The notes beneath the pieces were generated by a model. It did not search any database. It saw only the letters and a list, made by a program, of their open reading frames with translations, and was not told the origin of the DNA. 64,000 nucleotides of DNA from Auanema rhodensis (taxonomy: Eukaryota; Animalia; Nematoda), in NCBI GenBank assembly GCA_964057225.1, contig CAXKVF010000073.1, positions 186,001-250,000 of the forward strand, in the 5' to 3' direction. The stretch's first letter is position 1. The number at the start of each line of letters is the position of its first letter. Positions 39,451-54,850 of this stretch are shown one piece after another. The translations under genes and the position numbers were made by a program.

Positions 39451-42400
39451 TAATTTTGAAAACCGCATCTCTTTATCTTTCACGTGAAGCGAGTTACATA
39501 CCAAGTGCACATCACGTGTACATTTAATTAGCATGAATTAAAGTTCACGTAATTTTCAAAGTCATGGTTACCATGAACCAATATCAATAAAAATTTGTTT
39601 TTAGACTAATATGGACATGGGGAATCTAATTTTGAAAACCGCATCTCTTTATCTTTCACGTGAAGCGAGTTACATACCAAGTGCACATCACGTGTACATT
39701 TAATTAGCATGAATTAAAGTTCACGTAAATTTCAAAGTCATGGTTACCATGAACCAATATCAATAAAAATTTGTTTTTAGACTAATATGGACATGGGGAA
39801 TCTAATTTTGAAAACCGCATCTCTTTATCTTTCACGTGAAGCGAGTTACATACCAAGTGCACATCACGTGTACATTTAATTAGCATGAATTAAAGTTCAC
39901 GTAAATTTCAAAGTCATGGTTACCATGAACCAATATCAATAAAAATTTGTTTTTAGACTAATATGGACATGGGGAATCTAATTGTGAAAACCGCATCTCT
40001 TTATCTTTCACGTGAAGCGAGTTACATACCAAGTGCACATCACGTGTAAATTTAATTAGCATAAATTAAAGTTCACGTAAATTTCAAAGTCATGGTTACC
40101 ATGAACCAATATCAATAAAAGTTTGTTTTTAGACTAATATGGACATGGGGAATCAAATTGTGAAAACCGCATCTCTTTATCTTTCACGTGAAGCGAGTTA
40201 CATACCAAGTGCACATCACGTGTACATTTAATTAGCATAAATTAAAGTTCACGTAAATTTCAAAGTCATGGTTACCATGCACCAATATCAATAAAAATTT
40301 GTTTTTAGACTAATATGGACATGGGGAATCAAATTGTGAAAACCGCATCTCTTTATCTTTCACGTGAAGCGAGTTACATACCAAGTGCACATCACGTGTA
40401 CATTTAATTAGCATAAATTAAAGTTCACGTAAATTTGAAAGTCATGGTTACCATGAACCAATATCAATAAAAATTTGTTTTTAGACTAATATGAACATGG
40501 GGAATCTAATTTTGAAAACCGCATCTCTTTATCTTTCACGTGAAGCGAGTTACATACCAAGAGCACATCACGTGTACATTTAATAAGCATAAATTAAAGT
40601 TCACGTAAATTTCAAAGTCATGGTTACCATGCACCAATATCAATAAAAATTTGTTTTTAGACTAATATGGACATGGGGAATCTAATTTTGAAAACCGCAT
40701 CTCTTTATCTTTCACGTGCAGCGAGTTACATACCAAGTGCACATCACGTGTACATTTAATTAGCATAAATTAAAGTTCACGTAAATTTCAAAGTCATGGT
40801 TACCATGAACCAATATCAATAAAAATTTGTTTTTAGATTAATATGGACATGGGGAATCAAATTTTGAAAACCGCATCTCTTTATCTTTCACGTGAAGCGA
40901 GTTACATACCAAGTGCACATCACGTGTACATTTAATAAGCATAAATTAAAGTTCACGTAAATTTCAAAGTCATGGTTACCATGCACCAATATCAATAAAA
41001 ATTTGTTTTTAGACTAATATGGACATGGGGAATCAAATTTTGAAAACCGCATCTCTTTATCTTTCACGTGAAGCGAGTTACATACCAAGTGCACATCACG
41101 TGTACATTTAATAAGCATAAATTAAAGTTCACGTAAATTTCAAAGTCATGGTTACCATGCACCAATATCAATAAAAATTTGTTTTTAGACTAATATGGAC
41201 ATGGGGAATCTAATTTTGAAAACCGCATCTCTTTATCTTTCACGTGAAGCGAGTTACATACCAAGTGCACATCACGTGTACATTTAATTAGCATAAATTA
41301 AAGTTCACGTAAATTTCAAAGTCATGGTTACCATGCACCAATATCAATAAAAATTTGTTTTTAGACTAATATGGACATAGGGAATCTAATTTTGAAAACC
41401 GCATCTCTTTATCTTCCACGTGAAGCGAGTTACATACCAAGTGCACATCACGTGTACATTTAATTAGCATAAATTAAAGTTCACGTAAATTTCAAAGTCA
41501 TGGTTACCATGCACCAATATCAATAAAAATTTGTTTTTAGACTAATATGGACATGGGGAATCTAATTTTGAAAACCGCATCTCTTTATCTTTCACGTGAA
41601 GCGAGTTACATACCAAGTGCACATCACGTGTACATTTAATTAGCATGAATTAAAGTTCACGTAAATTTCAAAGTCATGGTTACCATGAACCAATATCAAT
41701 AAAAATTTGTTTTTAGACTAATATGGACATGGGGAATCTAATTTTGAAAACCGCATCTCTTTATCTTTCACGTGAAGCGAGTTACATACCAAGTGCACAT
41801 CACGTGTACATTTAATTAGCATAAATTAAAGTTCACGTAAATTTCAAAGTCATGGTTACCATGAACCAATATCAATAAAAATTTGTTTTTAGACTAATAT
41901 GGACATGGGGAATCAAATTTCGAAAACCGCATCTCTTTATCTTTCACGTGAAGCGAGTTACATACCAAGTGCACATCACGTGTACATTTAATTAGCATAA
42001 ATTAAAGTTCACGTAAATTTCAAAGTCATGGTTATCATGAAACAATATCAATAAAAATTTGTTTTTAGACTAATATGGACATGGGGAATCTAATTTTGAA
42101 AACCGCATCTCTTTATCTTTCACGTGAAGCGAGTTACATACCAAGTGCACATCACGTGTACATTTAATTAGCATAAATTAAAGTTCACGTAAATTTCAAA
42201 GTCATGGTTACCATGCACCAATATCAATAAAAATTTGTTTTTAGACTAATATGGACATGGGGAATCTAATTTTGAAAACCGCATCTCTTTATCTTTCACG
42301 TGAAGCGAGTTACATACCAAGTGCACATCACGTGTACATTTAATTAGCATGAATTAAAGTTCACGTAAATTTCAAAGTCATGGTTACCATGCACCAATAT

Positions 42401-45299
42401 CAATAAAAATTTGTTTTTAGACTAATATGGACATGGGGAATCTAATTTTGAAAACCGCATCTCTTTATCTTTCACGTGAAGCGAGTTACATACCAAGTGC
42501 ACATCACGTGTACATTTAATTAGCATAAATTAAAGTTCACGTAAATTTCAAAGTCATGGTTACCATGCACCAATATCAATAAAAATTTGTTTTTAGACTA
42601 ATATGGACATGGGGAATCAAATTGTGAAAACCGCATCTCTTTATCTTTCACGTGAAGCGAGTTACATACCAAGTGCACATCACGTGTACATTTAATTAGC
42701 ATAAATTAAAGTTCACGTAAATTTCAAAGTCATGGTTATCATGAACCAATATCAATAAAAATTTGTTTTTAGACTAATATGGACATGGGGAATCTAATTT
42801 TGAAAACCGCATCTCTTTATCTTTCACGTGAAGCGAGTTACATACCAAGTGCACATCACGTGTACATTTAATTAGCATAAATTAAAGTTCACGTAAATTT
42901 CAAAGTCATGGTTACCATGCACCAATATCAATAAAAATTTGTTTTTAGACTAATATGGACATGGGGAATCTAATTTTGAAAACCGCATCTCTTTATCTTT
43001 CACGTGAAGCGAGTTACATACCAAGTGCACATCACGTGTACATTTAATTAGCATAAATTAAAGTTCACGTAAATTTCAAAGTCATGGTTATCATGAACCA
43101 ATATCAATAAAAATTTGTTTTTAGACTAATATTGACATGGGGAATCTAATTTTGAAAACCGCATCTCTTTATCTTTCACGTGAAGCGAGTTACATACCAA
43201 GTGCACATCACGTGTACATTTAATTAGCATAAATTAAAGTTCACGTAAATTTCAAAGTCATGGTTACCATGCACCAATATCAATAAAAATTTGTTTTTAG
43301 ACTAATATGGACATGGGGAATCTAATTTTGAAAACCGCATCTCTTTATCTTTCACGTGAAGCGAGTTACATACCAAGTGCACATCACGTGTACATTTAAT
43401 TAGCATAAATTAAAGTTCACGTAAATTTCAAAGTCATGGTTATCATGAACCAATATCAATAAAAATTTGTTTTTAGACTAATATTGACATGGGGAATCTA
43501 ATTTTGAAAACCGCATCTCTTTATCTTTCACGTGAAGCGAGTTACATACCAAGTGCACATCACGTGTACATTTAATTAGCATAAATTAAAGTTCACGTAA
43601 ATTTCAAAGTCATGGTTACCATGAACCAATATCAATAAAAATTTGTTTTTAGACTAATATGGACATGGGGAATCAAATTTTGAAAACCGCATCTCTTTAT
43701 CTTTCACGTGAAGCGAGTTACATACCAAGTGCACATCACGTTTACATTTAATTAGCATAAATTAAAGTTCACGTAAATTTCAAAGTCATGGTTACCATGC
43801 ACCAATATCAATAAAAATTTGTTTTTAGACTAATATGGACATGGGGAATCTTATTTTGAAAACCGCATCTCTTTATCTTTCACGTGAAGCGAGTTACATA
43901 CCAAGTGCACATCACGTGTACATTTAATTAGCATAAATTAAAGTTCACGTAAATTTCAAAGTCATGGTTACCATGCACCAATATCAATAAAAATTTGTTT
44001 TTAGACTAATATGGACATGGGGAATCTAATTTTGAAAACCGCATCTCTTTATCTTTCACGTGAAGCGAGTTACATACCAAGTGCACATCACGTGTACATT
44101 TAATTAGCATAAATTAAAGTTCACGTAAATTTCAAAGTCATGGTTACCATGAACCAATATCAATAAAAATTTGTTTTTAGACTAATATGGACATGGGGAA
44201 TCAAATTTTGAAAACCGCATCTCTTTATCTTACACGTGAAGCGAGTTACATACCAAGTGCACATCACGTTTACATTTAATTAGCATAAATTAAAGTTCAC
44301 GTAAATTTCAAAGTCATGGTTACCATGCACCAATATCAATAAAAATTTGTTTTTAGACTAATATGGACATGGGGAATCTAATTTTGAAAACCGCATCTCT
44401 TTATCTTTCACGTGAAGCGAGTTACATACCAAGTGCACATCACGTGTACATTTAATTAGCATAAATTAAAGTTCACGTAAATTTCAAAGTCATGGTTATC
44501 ATGAACCAATATCAATAAAAATTTGTTTTTAGACTAATATGGACATGGGGAATCTAATTTTGAAAACCGCATCTCTTTATCTTTCACGTGAAGCGAGTTA
44601 CATACCAAGTGCACATCACGTGTACATTTAATTAGCATAAATTAAAGTTCACGTAAATTTCAAAGTCATGGTTACCATGAACCAATATCAATAAAAATTT
44701 GTTTTTAGACTAATATGGACATGGGGAATCAAATTTTGAAAACCGCATCTCTTTATCTTTCACGTGAAGCGAGTTACATACCAAGTGCACATCACGTGTA
44801 CATTTAATTAGCATAAATTAAAGTTCACGTAAATTTCAAAGTCATGGTTACCATGCACCAATATCAATAAAAATTTGTTTTTAGACTAATATGGACATGG
44901 GGAATCTAATTTTGAAAACCGCATCTCTTTATCTTTCACGTGAAGCGAGTTACATACCAAGTGCACATCACGTGTACATTTAATTAGCATAAATTAAAGT
45001 TCACGTAAATTTCAAAGTCATGGTTACCATGAACCAATATCAATAAAAATTTGTTTTTAGACTAATATGGACATGGGGAATCTAATTTTGAAAACCGCAT
45101 CTCTTTATCTTTCACGTGAAGCGAGTTACATACCAAGTGCACATCACGTGTACATTTAATTAGCATAAATTAAAGTTCACGTAAATTTCAAAGTCATGGT
45201 TATCATGAACCAATATCAATAAAAATTTGTTTTTAGACTAATATGGACATGGGGAATCAAATTTTGAAAACCGCATCTCTTTATCTTTCACGTGAAGCG

Positions 45300-48200
45300 A
45301 GTTACATACCAAGTGCACATCACGTGTACATTTAATTAGCATAAATTAAAGTTCACGTAAGTTTCAAAGTCATGGTTACCATGCACCAATATCAATAAAA
45401 ATTTGTTTTTAGACTAATATGGACATGGGGAATCTAATTTTGAAAACCGCATCTCTTTATCTTTCACGTGAAGCGAGTTACATACCAAGAGCACATCACG
45501 TGTACATTTAATAAGCATAAATTAAAGTTCACGTAAATTTCAAAGTCATGGTTACCATGCACCAATATCAATAAAAATTTGTTTTTAGACTAATATGGAC
45601 ATGGGGAATCTAATTTTGAAAACCGCATCTCTTTATCTTTCACGTGAAGCGAGTTACATACCAAGTGCACATCACGTGTACATTTAATTAGCATAAATTA
45701 AAGTTCACGTAAATTTCAAAGTCATGGTTACCATGCACCAATATCAATAAAAATTTGTTTTTTGACTAATATGGACATGGGGAATCTAATTTTGAAAACC
45801 GCATCTCTTTATCTTTCACGTGAAGCGAGTTACATACCAAGTGCACATCACGTGTACATTTAATTAGCATAAATTAAAGTTCACGTAAATTTCAAAGTCA
45901 TGGTTATCATGAACCAATATCAATAAAAATTTGTTTTTAGACTAATATGGACATGGGGAATCTAATTTTGAAAACCGCATCTCTTTATCTTTCACGTGAA
46001 GCGAGTTACATACCAAGTGCACATCACGTGTACATTTAATTAGCATAAATTAAAGTTCACGTAAATTTCAAAGTCATGGTTATCATGAACCAATATCAAT
46101 AAAAATTTGTTTTTAGACTAATATGGACATGGGGAATCTAATTTTGAAAACCGCATCTCTTTATCTTTCACGTGAAGCGAGTTACATACCAAGTGCACAT
46201 CACGTGTACATTTAATTAGCATAAATTAAAGTTCACGTAAATTTCAAAGTCATGGTTACCATGAACCAATATCAATAAAAATTTGTTTTTAGACTAATAT
46301 GGACATGGGGAATCAAATTTTGAAAACCGCATCTCTTTATCTTTCACGTGAAGCGAGTTACATACCAAGTGCACATCACGTGTACATTTAATTAGCATAA
46401 ATTAAAGTTCACGTAAATTTCAAAGTCATGGTTACCATGCACCAATATCAATAAAAATTTGTTTTTAGACTAATATGGACATGGGGAATCTAATTTTGAA
46501 AACCGCATCTCTTTATCTTTCACGTGAAGCGAGTTACATACCAAGTGCACATCACGTGTACATTTAATTAGCATAAATTAAAGTTCACGTAAATTTCAAA
46601 GTCATGGTTACCATGCACCAATATCAATAAAAATTTGTTTTTAGACTAATATGGACATGGGAAATCTAATTTTGAAAACCGCATCTCTTTATCTTTCACG
46701 TGAAGCGAGTTACATACCAAGTGCACATCACGTGTACATTTAATTAGCATGAATTAAAGTTCACGTAAATTTTAAAGTCATGGTTACCATGAACCAATAT
46801 CAATAAAAATTTGTTTTTAGACTAATATGGACATGGGGAATCTAATTTTAAAAACCGCATCTTTTTATCTTTCACGTGAAGCGAGTTACATACCAAGTGC
46901 ACATCACGTGTACATTTAATTAGCATAAATTAAAGTTCACGTAAATTTCAAAGTCATGGTTATCATGAACCAATATCAATAAAAATTTGTTTTTAGACTA
47001 ATATGGACATGGGGAATCTAATTTTGAAAACCGCATCTCTTTATCTTTCACGTGAAGCGAGTTACATACCAAGTGCACATCACGTGTACATTTAATTAGC
47101 ATAAATTAAAGTTCACGTAAGTTTCAAAGTCATGGTTACCATGCACCAATATCAATAAAAATTTGTTTTTAGACTAATATGGACATGGGGAATCTAATTT
47201 TGAAAACCGCATCTCTTTATCTTTCACGTGAAGCGAGTTACATACCAAGTGCACATCACGTGTACATTTAATTAGCATAAATTAAAGTTCACGTAAATTT
47301 CAAAGTCATGGTTACCATGCACCAATATCAATAAAAATTTGTTTTTAGACTAATATGGACATGGGGAATCTAATTTTGAAAACCGCATCTCTTTATCTTT
47401 CACGTGAAGCGAGTTACATACCAAGTGCACATCACGTGTACATTTAATTAGCATAAATTAAAGTTCACGTAAATTTCAAAGTCATGGTTACCATGAACCA
47501 ATATCAATAAAAATTTGTTTTTAGACTAATATGGACATGGGGAATCTAATTTTGAAAACCTCATCTCTTTATCTTTCACGTGAAGCGAGTTACATACCAA
47601 GTGCACATCACGTGTACATTTAATTAGCATAAATTAAAGTTCACGTAAATTTCAAAGTCATGGTTACCATGCACCAATATCAATAAAAATTTGTTTTTAG
47701 ACTAATATGGACATGGGGAATCTAATTTTGAAAACCGCATCTCTTTATCTTTCACGTGAAGCGAGTTACATACCAAGTGCACATCACGTGTACATTTAAT
47801 TAGCATAAATTAAAGTTCACGTAAATTTCAAAGTCATGGTTACCATGCACCAATATCAATAAAAATTTGTTTTTAGACTAATATGGACATGGGGAATCTA
47901 ATTTTGAAAACCGCATCTCTTTATCTTTCACGTGAAGCGAGTTACATACCAAGTGCACATCACGTGTAAATTTAATTAGCATAAATTAAAGTTCACGTAA
48001 ATTTCAAAGTCATGGTTATCATGAACCAATATCAATAAAAATTTGTTTTTAGACTAATATGGACATGGGGAATCTAATTTTGAAAACCGCATCTCTTTAT
48101 CTTTCACGTGAAGCGAGTTACATACCAAGTGCACATCACGTGTACATTTAATTAGCATAAATTAAAGTTCACGTAAATTTCAAAGTCATGGTTACCATGC

Positions 48201-51200
48201 ACCAATATCAATAAAAATTTGTTTTTAGACTAATATGAACATGGGGAATCTAATTTTGAAAACCGCATCTCTTTATCTTTCACGTGAAGCGAGTTACATA
48301 CCAAGTGCACATCACGTGTAAATTTAATTAGCATAAATTAAAGTTCACGTAAATTTCAAAGTCATGGTTATCATGAACCAATATCAATAAAAATTTGTTT
48401 TTAGACTAATATGGACATGGGGAATCTAATTTTGAAAACCGCATCTCTTTATCTTTCACGTGAAGCGAGTTACATACCAAGTGCACATCACGTGTACATT
48501 TAATTAGCATAAATTAAAGTTCACGTAAATTTCAAAGTCATGGTTACCATGCACCAATATCAATAAAAATTTGTTTTTAGACTAATATGGACATGGGGAA
48601 TCTAATTTTGAAAACCGCATCTCTTTATCTTTCACGTGAAGCGAGTTACATACCAAGAGCACATCACGTGTACATTTAATAAGCATAAATTAAAGTTCAC
48701 GTAAATTTCAAAGTCATGGTTACCATGCACCAATATCAATAAAAATTTGTTTTTCGACTAATATGGACATGGGGAATCTAATTTTGAAAACCGCATCTCT
48801 TTATCTTTCACGTGAAGCGAGTTACATACCAAGTGCACATCACGTGTACATTTAATTAGCATAAATTAAAGTTCACGTAAATTTCAAAGTCATGGTTACC
48901 ATGCACCAATATCAATAAAAATTTGTTTTTAGACTAATATGGACATGGGGAATCTAATTTTGAAAACCGCATCTCTTTATCTTTCACGTGAAGCGAGTTA
49001 CATACCAAGTGCACATCACGTGTACATTTAATTAGCATAAATTAAAGTTCACGTAAATTTCAAAGTCATGGTTATCATGAACCAATATCAATAAAAATTT
49101 GTTTTTAGACTAATATGGACACGGGGAATCTAATTTTGAAAACCGCATCTCTTTATCTTTCACGTGAAGCGAGTTACATACCAAGTGCACATCACGTGTA
49201 CATTTAATTAGCATAAATTAAAGTTCACGTAAATTTCAAAGTCATGGTTACCATGAACCAGTATCAATAAAAGTTTGTTTTTAGACTAATATGGACATGG
49301 GGAATCAAATTTTGAAAACCGCATCTCTTTATCTTTCACGTGAAGCGAGTTACATACCAAGTGCACATCACGTGTACATTTAATTAGCATAAATTAAAGT
49401 TCACGTAAATTTCAAAGTCATGGTTATCATGAACCAATATAAATAAAAATTTGTTTTTAGACTAATATGGACATGGGGAATCAAATTGTGAAAACCGCAT
49501 CTCTTTATCTTTCACGTGAAGCGAGTTACATACCAAGTGCACATCACGTGTACATTTAATTAGCATAAATTAAAGTTCACGTAAATTTCAAAGTCATGGT
49601 TACCATGAACCAATATCAATAAAAATTTGTTTTTAGACTAATATGAACATGGGGAATCTAATTTTGAAAACCGCATCTCTTTATCTTTCACGTGAAGCGA
49701 GTTACATACCAAGTGCACATCACGTGTACATTTAATAAGCATAAATTAAAGTTCACGTAAATTTCAAAGTCATGGTTATCATGAACCAATATCAATAAAA
49801 ATTTGTTTTTAGACTAATATGGACATGAGGAATCTAATTTTGAAAACCGCATCTCTTTATCTTTCACGTGAAGCGAGTTACATACCAAGTGCACATCACG
49901 TGTACATTTAATTAGCATAAATTAAAGTTCACGTAAATTTCAAAGTCATGGTTACCATGAACCAATATCAATAAAAATTTGTTTTTAGACTAATATGGAC
50001 ATGGGGAATCTAATTTTGAAAACCGCATCTCTTTATCTTTCACGTGAAGCGAGTTACATACCAAGTGCACATCACGTGTACATTTAATTAGCATAAATTA
50101 AAGTTCACGTAAATTTCAAAGTCATGGTTACCATGCACCAATATCAATAAAAATTTGTTTTTTGACTAATATGGACATGGGGAATCTAATTTTGAAAACC
50201 GCATCTCTTTATCTTTCACGTGAAGCGAGTTACATACCAAGTGCACATCACGTGTACATTTAATTAGCATAAATTAAAGTTCACGTAAGTTTCAAAGTCA
50301 TGGTTACCATGCACCAATATCAATAAAAATTTGTTTTTAGACTAATATGGACATGGGGAATCTAATTTTGAAAACCGCATCTCTTTATCTTTCACGTGAA
50401 GCGAGTTACATACCAAGAGCACATCACGTGTACATTTAATAAGCATAAATTAAAGTTCACGTAAATTTCAAAGTCATGGTTACCATGCACCAATATCAAT
50501 AAAAATTTGTTTTTAGACTAATATGGACATGGGGAATCTAATTTTGAAAACCGCATCTCTTTATCTTTCACGTGAAGCGAGTTACATACCAAGTGCACAT
50601 CACGTGTACATTTAATTAGCATAAATTAAAGTTCACGTAAATTTCAAAGTCATGGTTACCATGCACCAATATCAATAAAAATTTGTTTTTTGACTAATAT
50701 GGACATGGGGAATCTAATTTTGAAAACCGCATCTCTTTATCTTTCACGTGAAGCGAGTTACATACCAAGTGCACATCACGTGTACATTTAATTAGCATAA
50801 ATTAAAGTTCACGTAAATTTCAAAGTCATGGTTATCATGAACCAATATCAATAAAAATTTGTTTTTAGACTAATATGGACATGGGGAATCTAATTTTGAA
50901 AACCGCATCTCTTTATCTTTCACGTGAAGCGAGTTACATACCAAGTGCACATCACGTGTACATTTAATTAGCATAAATTAAAGTTCACGTAAATTTCAAA
51001 GTCATGGTTATCATGAACCAATATCAATAAAAATTTGTTTTTAGACTAATATGGACATGGGGAATCTAATTTTGAAAACCGCATCTCTTTATCTTTCACG
51101 TGAAGCGAGTTACATACCAAGTGCACATCACGTGTACATTTAATTAGCATAAATTAAAGTTCACGTAAATTTCAAAGTCATGGTTACCATGAACCAATAT

Positions 51201-54200
51201 CAATAAAAATTTGTTTTTAGACTAATATGGACATGGGGAATCAAATTTTGAAAACCGCATCTCTTTATCTTTCACGTGAAGCGAGTTACATACCAAGTGC
51301 ACATCACGTGTACATTTAATTAGCATAAATTAAAGTTCACGTAAATTTCAAAGTCATGGTTACCATGCACCAATATCAATAAAAATTTGTTTTTAGACTA
51401 ATATGGACATGGGGAATCTAATTTTGAAAACCGCATCTCTTTATCTTTCACGTGAAGCGAGTTACATACCAAGTGCACATCACGTGTACATTTAATTAGC
51501 ATAAATTAAAGTTCACGTAAATTTCAAAGTCATGGTTACCATGCACCAATATCAATAAAAATTTGTTTTTAGACTAATATGGACATGGGGAATCTAATTT
51601 TGAAAACCGCATCTCTTTATCTTTCACGTGAAGCGAGTTACATACCAAGTGCACATCACGTGTACATTTAATTAGCATGAATTAAAGTTCACGTAAATTT
51701 TAAAGTCATGGTTACCATGAACCAATATCAATAAAAATTTGTTTTTAGACTAATATGGACATGGGGAATCTAATTTTGAAAACCGCATCTCTTTATCTTT
51801 CACGTGAAGCGAGTTACATACCAAGTGCACATCACGTGTACATTTAATTAGCATAAATTAAAGTTCACGTAAATTTCAAAGTCATGGTTATCATGAACCA
51901 ATATCAATAAAAATTTGTTTTTAGACTAATATGGACATGGGGAATCTAATTTTGAAAACCGCATCTCTTTATCTTTCACGTGAAGCGAGTTACATACCAA
52001 GTGCACATCACGTGTACATTTAATTAGCATAAATTAAAGTTCACGTAAGTTTCAAAGTCATGGTTACCATGCACCAATATCAATAAAAATTTGTTTTTAG
52101 ACTAATATGGACATGGGGAATCTAATTTTGAAAACCGCATCTCTTTATCTTTCACGTGAAGCGAGTTACATACCAAGTGCACATCACGTGTACATTTAAT
52201 TAGCATAAATTAAAGTTCACGTAAATTTCAAAGTCATGGTTACCATGCACCAATATCAATAAAAATTTGTTTTTAGACTAATATGGACATGGGGAATCTA
52301 ATTTTGAAAACCGCATCTCTTTATCTTTCACGTGAAGCGAGTTACATACCAAGTGCACATCACGTGTACATTTAATTAGCATAAATTAAAGTTCACGTAA
52401 ATTTCAAAGTCATGGTTACCATGAACCAATATCAATAAAAATTTGTTTTTAGACTAATATGGACATGGGGAATCTAATTTTGAAAACCGCATCTCTTTAT
52501 CTTTCACGTGAAGCGAGTTACATACCAAGTGCACATCACGTGTACATTTAATTAGCATAAATTAAAGTTCACGTAAATTTCAAAGTCATGGTTACCATGC
52601 ACCAATATCAATAAAAATTTGTTTTTAGACTAATATGGACATGGGGAATCTAATTTTGAAAACCGCATCTCTTTATCTTTCACGTGAAGCGAGTTACATA
52701 CCAAGTGCACATCACGTGTACATTTAATTAGCATAAATTAAAGTTCACGTAAATTTCAAAGTCATGGTTACCATGCACCAATATCAATAAAAATTTGTTT
52801 TTAGACTAATATGGACATGGGGAATCTAATTTTGAAAACCGCATCTCTTTATCTTTCACGTGAAGCGAGTTACATACCAAGTGCACATCACGTGTAAATT
52901 TAATTAGCATAAATTAAAGTTCACGTAAATTTCAAAGTCATGGTTATCATGAACCAATATCAATAAAAATTTGTTTTTAGACTAATATGGACATGGGGAA
53001 TCTAATTTTGAAAACCGCATCTCTTTATCTTTCACGTGAAGCGAGTTACATACCAAGTGCACATCACGTGTACATTTAATTAGCATAAATTAAAGTTCAC
53101 GTAAATTTCAAAGTCATGGTTACCATGCACCAATATCAATAAAAATTTGTTTTTAGACTAATATGAACATGGGGAATCTAATTTTGAAAACCGCATCTCT
53201 TTATCTTTCACGTGAAGCGAGTTACATACCAAGTGCACATCACGTGTAAATTTAATTAGCATAAATTAAAGTTCACGTAAATTTCAAAGTCATGGTTATC
53301 ATGAACCAATATCAATAAAAATTTGTTTTTAGACTAATATGGACATGGGGAATCTAATTTTGAAAACCGCATCTCTTTATCTTTCACGTGAAGCGAGTTA
53401 CATACCAAGTGCACATCACGTGTACATTTAATTAGCATAAATTAAAGTTCACGTAAATTTCAAAGTCATGGTTACCATGCACCAATATCAATAAAAATTT
53501 GTTTTTAGACTAATATGGACATGGGGAATCTAATTTTGAAAACCGCATCTCTTTATCTTTCACGTGAAGCGAGTTACATACCAAGAGCACATCACGTGTA
53601 CATTTAATTAGCATAAATTAAAGTTCACGTAAATTTCAAAGTCATGGTTACCATGCACCAATATCAATAAAAATTTGTTTTTAGACTAATATGGACATGG
53701 GGAATCTAATTTTGAAAACCGCATCTCTTTATCTTTCACGTGAAGCGAGTTACATACCAAGTGCACATCACGTGTACATTTAATTAGCATAAATTAAAGT
53801 TCACGTAAATTTCAAAGTCATGGTTATCATGAACCAATATCAATAAAAATTTGTTTTTAGACTAATATGGACATGGGGAATCTAATTTTGAAAACCGCAT
53901 CTCTTTATCTTTCACGTGAAGCGAGTTACATACCAAGTGCACATCACGTGTACATTTAATTAGCATAAATTAAAGTTCACGTAAATTTCAAAGTCATGGT
54001 TACCATGAACCAGTATCAATAAAAGTTTGTTTTTAGACTAATATGGACATGGGGAATCAAATTTTGAAAACCGCATCTCTTTATCTTTCACGTGAAGCGA
54101 GTTACATACCAAGTGCACATCACGTGTACATTTAATTAGCATAAATTAAAGTTCACGTAAATTTCAAAGTCATGGTTATCATGAACCAATATAAATAAAA

Positions 54201-54850
54201 ATTTGTTTTTAGACTAATATGGACATGGGGAATCAAATTGTGAAAACCGCATCTCTTTATCTTTCACGTGAAGCGAGTTACATACCAAGTGCACATCACG
54301 TGTACATTTAATTAGCATAAATTAAAGTTCACGTAAATTTCAAAGTCATGGTTACCATGAACCAATATCAATAAAAATTTGTTTTTAGACTAATATGAAC
54401 ATGGGGAATCTAATTTTGAAAACCGCATCTCTTTATCTTTCACGTGAAGCGAGTTACATACCAAGTGCACATCACGTGTACATTTAATAAGCATAAATTA
54501 AAGTTCACGTAAATTTCAAAGTCATGGTTATCATGAACCAATATCAATAAAAATTTGTTTTTAGACTAATATGGACATGAGGAATCTAATTTTGAAAACC
54601 GCATCTCTTTATCTTTCACGTGAAGCGAGTTACATACCAAGTGCACATCACGTGTACATTTAATTAGCATAAATTAAAGTTCACGTAAATTTCAAAGTCA
54701 TGGTTACCATGAACCAATATCAATAAAAATTTGTTTTTAGACTAATATGGACATGGGGAATCTAATTTTGAAAACCGCATCTCTTTATCTTTCACGTGAA
54801 GCGAGTTACATACCAAGTGCACATCACGTGTACATTTAATTAGCATAAAT
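45300..54850 (+). repeat. 28-monomer (4928 bp) duplication with one monomer lost in the second copy (boundaries approximate)
   Basis: GTAAGTTTC variant at 45361/50289 (4928). Downstream CCAGTATC variant at 49261/54013 (4752 = 27x176). Confidence 0.85.
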
